From NCBI RefSeq assembly GCF_963921235.1, contig NC_086097.1, positions 105,774,001 through 105,838,000 on the forward strand: a stretch of 64,000 bases of DNA, read 5' to 3'. The notes under the pieces were generated by a model that was not told where the DNA came from, did not search any database, and worked only from the letters and a program-made list of their open reading frames with translations. The DNA comes from Mobula hypostoma (Eukaryota). The translations under genes and the position numbers were made by a program. This document shows positions 53,541 to 64,000 of the stretch, in pieces. How positions within the stretch are numbered: position 1 is the first letter of the stretch; each line of letters opens with the position of its first letter.

Positions 53541-56466
53541 AGTTGTCTCATGTCTCTACACATCAAGTCAAAAAAGTTGTTATCTCAGTGCATACAAAGC
53601 TTTAACAGTACAAATAGTATACATTTCAATTTTACACCATGGTACTTACTGCAAACCTAATGGAAACACCTTTGGTTAACTTCCCACATGATTCTGAGTT
53701 CTTTGAAAGTTGTTTCATGCCTCTGCTCATCAAGACAAAAAAGTTGCTTTCTCAGTGCATACAATGTTCTGACATTCAAGTAGTATACATTTCAATTTTA
53801 CATCAAAGTGCAGATTGCAAACCTGATGGAAACATTTTAAGGTAACTTCTGACATGATTATGAGTAGTTTTAAAGTTGTTTCATGGCTCCACACATCAAG
53901 AAAAAAAAGTTGCTTTCTCAGTACATACAACGTTCTGACTTTAAAGTTGCATGCATTTCAATTTTCCAACAAAGTGCAAAGTGCAAACCTGATGGAAACA
54001 CCTTAGGTTAACTTCCCACATGATTCTGAGATGTCTGAAAGTTGTTTCATGCCTCTGCACATAAAGACATAAAACTTGATTTCTCAGTGAATACAATGCT
54101 TTGACATAAAAGTAGTATACATTTCAATTGCACTCAAAAGACCTGACTGCAAACCTGATGGAAACCATTTAAGTTAACTTCCCACATGATTATGAGTAGT
54201 TTGAAAGTTGTTTCATGCCTCTGCACATAAAGACATAAACCTTGATTTCTCAGTGAATACAAAGCTTTGGCATAAATGTAGTATACATTTAAAATGTAGT
54301 TAAAAGTCCTGACTGCAAACCTAATGGAAACACCTTTGGTTAACTTCCCACATGATTATGAGTAGTTTGAAAGTTGTTTCATGACTCTGCTCATAAAGAC
54401 AAAAAAGTTGCTTTCTCAGTGCATACAATGTTCTGACATTCAAGTAGTATACATTTCAATGTTCCACCAAAGGTCAGAGTGCAAACCTGATGGAAACATT
54501 TTAAGTTAACTTCCAACATGATTATGAGTAGTTTGAAAGTTTTTTTCATGGCTCTACACATCAAGACAACAAAGTTGTTATCTCAGTGCGTACAAAGCTT
54601 TGACAATACAATTAGTATGCATTTCAATTTTACACCAAAGTACTTACTGCAAACCGAATGGAAACACCTTTGGTTAACTTCCCAGATGATGGTGAGTAAT
54701 TTTCAAGTTGTTTCATGCCTCTGCTCATCAAGAGAAAAAAGTTGCTTTCTCAGTGCATACAATGTTCTGACAATAAAGTAGTATACATTTCAGTTTTTCA
54801 CCGAAGTGCAGAGTGCAAACCTAATGGAAACATTTTAAGTTAACTTCCCACATGATTATGAGTTCTTTGAAAGTTGTTTCATGCCTCTGTACAGCAAGAC
54901 AAAAAAGTTGCTATCTCAGTGCATACAAAGCTTTGACAATACAAATAGTATACATTTCAATTTTACACCAAAGTACTTACTGCAAACCTAATGGAAACAA
55001 CTTAGGTTAACTTCCCACATGATTCTGAGATGTCTGAAAGTTGTTTCATGTCACTGCAGTGTAAGACAAAAAAGTTGATTTCTCAGTGCATACAATCCTT
55101 TGACAATACAAGTAGTGAACAGTTCAATTTTACACCAAAGTACTTACTGCAAACCTAATGGAAACACCTTAGGTTAACTTCCCACATGATTCTGAGATGT
55201 CTGAAAGTTGTTCCATGCCTCTGCACATAAAGACAAAAAAGTTGATTTCTCAGTGAATACAATGCTTTGACATAAAAGTAGTATACATTTCAATTGTACT
55301 CAAAAGACCTGACTACAAACCTGATGGAAACCATTTAAGTTAACTTCCCACATGATTATGAGTAGTTTGAAAGTTTTTTCATGGCTCTACACATCAAGAC
55401 AACAAAGTTGTTATCTCTGTGCGTACAAAGCTTTGACAATAGAATTAGTATGCATTTCAACTTTACACCAAAGTACTTACTGCAAACCTAATGGAAACAC
55501 CTTTGGTTAACTTCCCAGATGTGGGTGAGTAGTTTTCAAGTTGTTTCATGCCTCTGCTCATCAAGACGAAAAAGTTACTTTCTTGGTGCATACAATGTTC
55601 TGACATTCAAGTAGTATACAGTTCAATTTTCCACCAAAGTGCAGAGTGCAAACCTGATGGAAACATTTTAAGTGAACTTCCCACATGATTCTGAGTTCTT
55701 TGAAAGTTGTTTCATGCCTTTGTACAGCAAGACAAAAAAGTTGTTTTCTCAGTGCATACAATGCTTAGACAATACCAATAGTATACATTACAATTTTACA
55801 CCAAAGTACTTACTGCAAACCTAATGGACACAATTTAAGCTTAATTTACCACATGATTATGAGTAGTTTGAAAGTTGTTTCATGCCTCTACACATCAAGA
55901 CAAAAAAGTTGTTATCTCAGTGCGTACAAAACTTTGACAAAACAATTAGTATGCACTACAATTTTACACCAAAGTACTTACTGCAAACTTAATGGAAACA
56001 CCTTAGGTTAACTTCCCACATGATTCTGAGATATCTGAAAGTTGTTTCATGCCTCTGCACATAAAGACAAAAAAGTTGATTTCTCAGTGAATACAATTCT
56101 TTGACATAAAAGTAGTATACATTTCAATTGTACTGAAAAGTCCTGACTGCAAACCTAATGGAAACAACTTTTCTTACCTTCCCACATGATTATGAGTAGT
56201 TTGAAAGTTGTTTCATGACTCTGCTCATCAAGACAAAAAAGTTGCTTTCTCAGTGCGTACAATGTTCTGACATTCAAGTAGTATACATTTCAATTTTCCA
56301 CCAAAATGCAGAGTGCAAACCTGATGGAAACATTTTAAGTTAACTTCTCACATGAGTATGAGTAGTTTGAAAGTTGTTTCATGCCTCTACACATCAAGAC
56401 AAAAAAGTTGTTATCTCAGTGCATACAAAGCTTTGACAATACAAATAGTATACATTTCAATTGTTA

Positions 56467-56726
56467 TTTCTTCCCGGACCTCCTGTCCCATGATCCTCTC
56501 GTATCCCCTTCTGCCTATCACCTGTCCAGCTCTCGGCTCCATCCCTCCCCCTCCTGTCTTCTCCTATCATTTTGCATCTCCCCCTCCCCCTCCAGCTTTC
56601 AATTCCCTTACTCACTCTTCCTTCAGTTAGTCCTGACGAAGGGTCTCGGCCTGAAACGTCGACTGCGCCTCTTCCTATAGATGCTGCCTGGCCTGCTGCG
56701 TTCACCAGCAACTTTGATGTATGTTG
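56467..56726 (+). mobile_element. Penelope-like inverted pLTR (right arm, no tail)
   Basis: Reverse complement of 50329-50588 with about three substitutions by eye. Confidence 0.8.
56629..56664 (+). ncRNA. Minimal type I hammerhead ribozyme
   Basis: agtc-ctgacga-agggtctcggcct-gaaa-cg-tc-gact, identical to 23426-23461. Confidence 0.75.
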
Positions 56727-59604
56727 CTTAAAATGTTTCCATCAGGTTTGCATTCTGCACTTTGGTGTAAAATTGAAATGTATACTATTTATATTGTCAA
56801 AGCTTTGTATGCACTGAGATAACAACTTTTTTGTCTTGATTTGCAGAGGCATGACACAACTTTCAGACATCTCAGCATCACGTGGGAAGTTAACCTAAGG
56901 TGTTTCCATTAGGCATGCAGTAAGTACTTTGGTGTAAAATTGAAGTGCATACTAATTGTATTGTCAAAGCTTTGTACGCACTCAGATAACAACTTTTTTG
57001 TCTTGATGTGTAGAGGCATGAAACAACTTTCAATCTACTCATAATCATGTGGGAAGTTAACTTAAAATGTTTCCATCAGGTTTGCACTCTGCACTTTGGT
57101 GGAAAATTGAAATGTATACTACTTGAATGTTAGAACATTGTATGCACTGAGAAAGCAACTTTTTTCTCTTGATGAGCGGAGGCATGAAACAACTTTCAAA
57201 CTACTCATACTGATGTGGGAAGGTAAGCAAAGGTGTTTCCATTAGGTTTGCAGTCAGGACTTTTCAGTAAAATTGAAATGTATACTACTTTTGCCAAAGC
57301 ATTTTATTCACTGAGAAATCAAATTTTATGTCTTTATGTGCAGAGGCATGAAACAACTTTCAGACATCTCAGAATCATGTAGGAAGTAAAACTAATGTGC
57401 TTCCATCAAGTTTGCAGTCAGTACTTTGGTGTAAAATTGAAGTGCATACTAATTGTATTGCCAAAGCTTTGAACGCACTCAGATAACAACTTTTTTGTCT
57501 TGATGTGCAGAGGCATGAAACAACTTTTAAACTACTCATAATCATGTGGGAAATTAACTTAAAATGTTTCCATCAGGTTTGCACTCTGTACTTTGGTGGA
57601 AAATTGAAATGTATACTACTTCAATGTCGGAACATTGTATGCACTGGGAAAGCAACTTTTTTGTCTTGATGAGCAGAGTCATGAAACAACTTTCAAACTA
57701 CTCATAATCATGTGGGATGTTATCAAAGGTGTTTCCATTAGGTTTTCACTCAGGACTATTCAGTACAATTGAAATGTATACTACTTTTATGCCAAGCATT
57801 GTATTCACTGAGAAATCAACTTTGTCTTTATGTGCAGAGGCATAAAACAACTTTCAGACATCTCAGAATCAGGTGGGAATTTAACCTAAGGTGTTTCCAT
57901 TAGGTATGCAGTAAGTACTTTGGTGTGAAATGGAAATGTATACTATTTGTATTGTCAAAGCTTTGTATGCACTGAGATAACAACTTTTTTTCTTGATGTG
58001 TGGAGGCATGAAACAACTTTCAAACTACTCATAATCATGTGGGAAGTTAACCTGAGTTGTTTCCATTAGGTTTGCAGTAAGTACTTTGGTGTAAAATTGA
58101 AATGTATTGTCAAAGCTTTGTATGCACTGAGATAACAACTTTTTTGTCTTGATGTGTAGAGGCATGAAACAACTTTCAGACATCTCAGAATCATGTGGGA
58201 AGTTAACCAAAGGTGTTTCCATCAGGTATGCAGTAAGTACTTTGGTGTAAACTTGAAATGTATACAACTTTATTGTCAGAATGTTGTATGCACTGAGAAA
58301 GCAACTTTTTTGTCTTGATGTGTAGAGGCATTAAACAACTTTAACACTACTCATAATCATGTGGGAAGTTAACTTAAAATGTTACCATCAGGTTTGCACT
58401 CTGCACTTTGGTGGAAAATTGAAATGTATACTACATGAATGTCAAAACATTGTACGCACTGAGAAAGCAATTTTATTGTCTTGATGAGCAGAGTCATGAA
58501 ACAACTTTCAAACTGCTCATAATCATGTGGGAAGTTAACCTGAGTTGTTTCCATTAGGTTTGCAGTAAGTACTTTGGTGTAAAATTGAAATGTATTGTCA
58601 AAGCTTTGTATGCACTGAGATAACAACTTTTTTGTCTTGATGTGTAGAGGCATGAAACAACTTTCAGACATCTCAGAATCATGTGGGAAGTTAACCAAAG
58701 GTGTTTCCATTAGGTTTGCATTCAGTACTTTGGTGTAAAATTGAAGTGCATACTAATTGTATTGTCAAAGCTTTGTACGCACTGAGATAACAACTTTTTT
58801 GTCTTGATGTGTAGAGGCATGGAACAACTTTCAAACTACTCATAATCATGTGGGAAGTTAACTTAAAATGATTCCATCAGGTTTGCACTCTGCACTTTGG
58901 TGGAAAATTGAAATGTATACTACTTCAATGTCAGAACATTGTACGCACTGAGAAAGCAACTTTTTTGTCTTGATGAGCAGTGTCATGAAACAACTTTCAA
59001 ACTACTCATAATCATGTGGGAAGTTAACTTAAAATGTTTCCATCAGGTTTGCACTCTGCACTTTGGTGGAAAATTGAAATGTATACTACTTGAATGTCAG
59101 AACATTGTACGCACTGAGAAAGCAACTTTTTTGTCTTGATGAGCAGAGTCATGAAACAACTTTCAAACTACTCATAATCATGTGGGAAGTTAACCAAAGG
59201 TGTTTCCATTAGGTTTGCAGTCAGGACTTCTCAGTACAATTGAAATGTACACTAGTTTCGACAAAGCATTGTATTCACTGAGAAATCAAGTTTTATGTCT
59301 TTATGTGCAGAGGCATGAAACAACTTTCAGACATCTCAGAATCATGTGGGAAGTTAACCTAATGTGTTTCCATTAGGTTTGCAGTCAGTACATTGGGGTA
59401 AAATTGAAGTGCATACATATTGTATTGTCAAAGGTTTGTACGCACTGAGATAACAACTTGTTTGTCCTGATGTGTAGAGGCATGAAACAACTTTCAAACT
59501 ACTCATAATCATGTGGGACGTTAACCTCAGGTGTTTCCATTAGGTTTGCAGTAAGTACTTAGGTGTAAAATTGAAGTACATACTAATTGTATTGTCAAAG
59601 CTTT

Positions 59605-60706
59605 ACATAGAAACATAGAAAATAGGTGCAGGAGTAGGCCATTCGGCCCTTTGAGCCTGCACCGCTATTTATTATGATCATGGCTGATCATCCAACTCAG
59701 AACCCAGCCTTCCCTCCATACCCCCTGACCCCTGTAGCCACAAGGGCCATATCTAACTCCCTCTTAAACATAGCCAATGAACTGGCCTCAACAGTTTGCT
59801 GTGGCAGAGAATGCCACATATTCACCACTCTCTGTGTGAAGAAGTTTTTCCTAATCTCGGTCCTAAAAGGCTTCCCCTCTATCCTCAAACTGTGACCCCT
59901 CGTTCTGGACCTCCCCAACATCGGGAACAATCTTCCCGCATCTAGCCTGTTCAATCCCTTTAGGATCTTATACGTTTCAATCAGATCCCCCTCAATCTTC
60001 TAAATTCCAACGAGTACAAGCCCAGTTCATCCAGTCTTTCTTCATTGAAAGACCTGACATCCCAGGAATCAATCTGGTGAACCTTCTTTGTACTCCCTCT
60101 ATGGCAAAGATGTCTTTCCTCAGATTAGGGAACAAAACTGCACACAATACTCCAGGTGTGGTCTCACCAAGGCCTTGTACAACTGCAGTAGTACCTCCCT
60201 GCTCCTGTACTCGAATCCTCTCGCTATAAATGCCAGCATACCATTCGCCTTTTTCACCGCCTGCTGTACCTGCATGCCCACTTTCAATGACTGGTGTATA
60301 ATGACACCCAGGTCTCGTTGCACCTCCCCTTTTCCTAATCGGCCACCATTCAGATAATAATCTGTTTTCCTATTTTTGCCACCAAAATGGATAACTTCAC
60401 ATTTATCCACATTAAATTGCATCTCCCATGAGTTTGCCCACTCACCCAACCTATCCAAGTCACCCTGCATCCTCTTAGCATCCTCCTCACTGCTAACACT
60501 GCCACCCAGCTTCGTGTCATCCGCAAACTTGGAGATGCTGCATTTAATTCCCTCATCCAAGTCATTAATATATATTGTAAACAACTGGGGTCCCAGCACT
60601 GAGCCTTGCGGTACCCCACTAGTCACCGCCTGCCATTCTGAAAAGGTCCCGTTTATTCTCACACTTTGCTTCCTGTCTGCTAACCAATTCTCCACCCACA
60701 CCAATA
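59605..60706 (-). mobile_element. CR1 LINE 3' fragment inserted in the satellite
   Basis: Tail acatagaaacatagaaa and motifs WVENWLADRKQ...GVPQGSVLGPQLF...KFADDTKLGG...LVRPHLEYCVQF. Confidence 0.95.
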
Positions 60707-63700
60707 TCTGAGATAACAACGTTTTTGTCTTGATGTGTAGAGGCATGAAGCAACTTTCAAACTACTCATAATCATTTGGGAAGTTAACTTAAAATGTTTC
60801 CATCAGGTTTGCACTCTGCACTTTGGTGGAAAATTGAAATGTATGCTACTTGAATGTCAGAACATTGTACGCACTGAGAAAGCAACTTTTTTGTCTTGAT
60901 GAGCAGAGTCATGAAACAACTTTCAAAGTACTCATAATCATGTGGGAAGTTAACCAAAGGTGTTTCCATGAGGTTTGCAGTCAGGACTTTGGAGTCAATT
61001 GAAATGTATACTACTTTTGCCAAAGCATTTTATTCACTGAGAAATCAAATTTTATGCCTTTATGTGCAGAGGCATGAGACAACTTTCAGACATCTCAGAA
61101 TCATGTGGGAAGTTAACCTAATGTGTTTCCATTAGGTTTGTAGTCAGTACTTTGGTGTAAAATTGAAGTGCATACTAATTGTATTGTCAAAGCTTTGTAC
61201 GCACTGAGATAACAACTTTTTTGTCTTGATTTGTAGAGGGATGAAACAACTTTCAAACTACTCATAATCATGTCAGAAGTTAACTTAAAATGATTCCATC
61301 AGGTTTGCACTCTGCACTTTGATGTAAAATTGAAATGTATACTACTTGAATGTCAGAACATTGTATGCACTGAGACAGCAACTTTTTTCTCTTGTTGAGC
61401 AGAGGCATGAAACAACTTTCAAAGAACTCAGAATCATGTGGGAACGTAACTTAAAATGCTTCCATCAGGTTTGCACTCTGCACTTGTAAAATTGAAATGT
61501 ACACTATTTGTATTGTCAAAGCTTTGTATGCACTGAGATAACAACTTTTTTGTCTTGATGTGTAGAGGCATGAAACAACTTTCAGACATCTCAGAATCAC
61601 GTGGGAAGTTAACCTAAGGTGTTTCCATCAGGTTTGCAGTAAGTACTTTGGTGTAAAATTGAAGTGCATACTAATTGTATTGTCAAAGCTTTGAACGCAC
61701 TCAGATAACAACTTTTTTGTCTTGATGTGCAGAGGCATGAAACAACTTTCAAACTACTCATAATCATGTGGGAAGTTAACTTACAGTGTTTCCATCAGCT
61801 TTGCACTCTGTACTTTGGTGGAAAATTGAAATGTATGCTACTTCAATGTCGGAACATTGTATGCACTGAGAAAGCAATTTTTTTGTCTTGATGAGCAGAG
61901 TCATGAAACAACTTTCAAACTACTCATAATCATGTGGGAAGTTATCCAAAGGTGTTTCCATTAGGTTTGCACTCAGGACTTTTGAGTACAATTGAAATGC
62001 ATACTACTTTTATGTCAAAGCATTGTATTCACTGAGAAAACAACTTTTTTGTCTTGCTGTGCAGAGGCATGAAACAACTTTCAAACTACTCATAATCATG
62101 TGGGAAATTAACCTAAGTTGTTTCCACCAGGTTTGCAGTAAGTTCTTTGGAGTAAAACTCTAATGTATACTATTTGTTTTATCAAAGCATTGTATGCACT
62201 GATAAAACTACTTTTTTGTCTTGCTGTACAGAGGCATCAAACAACGTTCAAAGAACTCCAAATCATGTGGGAAGTTAACTTAAAATTTTCCATCAGGTTT
62301 GCAATCTGCACTTTGGTGTAAAATTGAACTGTATACTACTTGAATGTCAGAACATTGTATGCACTGAGAAAGCAACTTTTTCGTCTTGATGAGCAGAGTC
62401 ATGAAACAACTTTCAAACTACTCAGTATCATGTGGGAAGTTAACCTTAGTTGTTTTCATTAGGTTTGCAGTCAGGACTATTGAGTACAATTGAAATGTAT
62501 ACTACTTTTATGTCAAAGCATTGTATTCACTGAGAAATCAACTTATTTCTCTTTATGTGCAGAGGCGTGATACAACTTTCAGACATCTCAGAATCATGTG
62601 GGAATTTAACCTAAGGTGTTTCCATTAGGTATGCAGTAAGTACTTTGGTGTGAAATGGAAATGTATACTATTTGTATTGTCAAAGCTTTGTATGCACTGA
62701 GATAACAACTTTTTTTCTTGATGTGTGGAGGCATGAAACAACTTTCAAACTACTCATAATCATGTGGGAAGTTAACCTGAGTTGTTTCCATTAGGTTTGC
62801 AGTAAGTACTTTGGTGTAAAATTGAAATGTATTGTCAAAGCTTTGTATGCACTGAGATAACAACTTTTTTGTCTTGATGTGTAGAGGCATGAAACAACTT
62901 TCAGACATCTCAGAATCATGTGGGAAGTTAACCAAAGGTGTTTCCATCAGGTATGCAGTAAGTACTTTGGTGTAAACTTGAAATGTATACAACTTTATTG
63001 TCAGAATGTTGTATGCACTGAGAAAGCAACTTTTTTGTCTTGATGTGTAGAGGCATTAAACAACTTTAACACTACTCATAATCATGTGGGAAGTTAACTT
63101 AAAATGTTACCATCAGGTTTGCACTCTGCACTTTGGTGGAAAATTGAAATGTATACTACATGAATGTCAAAACATTGTACGCACTGAGAAAGCAACTTTA
63201 TTGTCTTGATGAGCAGAGTCATGAAACAACTTTCAAACTGTTCATAATCATGTGGGAAGTTAACCAAAGGTGTTTCCATTAGGTTTGCAGTAAGTCCTTT
63301 GGTGTAAAATTGAAATGTATACTATTTGTATTGTCAAAGCTTTGTATGACTGAGATAACAACTTTTTTGTCTTGATGTGTAGAGGCATGAAACAACTTTC
63401 AAACTACTCGTAATCATGTGGAAAGTTAACCTGAGGTGTTTCCATTAGGTTTGCATTCAGTACTTTGGTGTAAAATTGAAGTGCATACTAATTGTATTGT
63501 CAAAGCTTTGTACGCACTGAGATAACAACTTTTTTGTCTTGATGTGTAGAGGCATGGAAGAACTTTCAAACTGCTCATAATCATGTGGGAAGTTAACTTA
63601 AAATGATTCCATCAGGTTTGCACTCTGTACTTTGGTGGAAAATTGAAATGTATACTACTTCAATGTCAGAACATTGTACGCACTGAGAAAGCAACTTTTT

Positions 63701-64000
63701 TGTCTTGATGAGCTTTGTCATGAAACAACTTTCAAACTACTCATAATCATGTGGGAAGTTAACCAAAGGTGTTTCCATTAGGTTTGCAGTCAGGACTTCT
63801 CAGTACAATTGAAATGTACACTAGTTTCGACAAAGCATTGTATTCACTGAGAAATCAAGTTTTATGTCTTTATGTGCAGAGGCATGAAACAACTTTCAGA
63901 CATCTCAGAATCATGTGGGAAGTTAACCTAATGTGTTTCCATTAGGTTTGCAGTCAGTACATTGGGGTAAAATTGAAGTGCATACATATTGTATTGTCAA

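Larger units (their letters stand above)
44921..64000. repeat. ~166-167-bp AT-rich satellite array with higher-order repeats (candidate centromeric/pericentromeric)
   Basis: aggcatgaaacaact recurs at 45241, 45407, 45574 and 45741. Monomers are diverged and contain gttaac. Orientation is forward at 44921-50297 and 56727-64000, and inverted at 50722-56462. Confidence 0.97.

Noticed and set aside
45284..63279. Recurrent short ORFs (METPLVNF..., MYSLRNQL...)
   Set aside because: Translations of satellite monomers, useful only as markers of higher-order repeats.

Overview
Vertebrate genomic DNA, most likely a cartilaginous fish (ray/shark-type CR1, V-SINE, DeuSINE and Penelope-like repeats; inferred from repeat motifs, not a database match). 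The window starts with the last two coding exons and 3' UTR of presenilin-1. About 25 kb of nested retroelement debris follows. It contains a CpG-rich promoter-like region with a 20-codon signal-peptide exon (probably papilin exon 1, by synteny). Three tandem arrays come next: a 35-bp minisatellite (2.5 kb), a ~39-bp C-rich minisatellite (13.7 kb or more) that appears to be seeded from a CR1 3' end, and, after a 200-N scaffold gap, a ~166-167-bp AT-rich satellite with higher-order structure. The most striking structure is at 50298-56726. Two inverted Penelope-like termini, each with an intact minimal hammerhead ribozyme, bracket about 5.7 kb of inverted satellite that mirrors the upstream array. 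The whole unit is flanked by a 15-bp target-site duplication. A cargo-free version of the same architecture is at 23286-23523. The very long ORFs in the ORF track are repeat artefacts.
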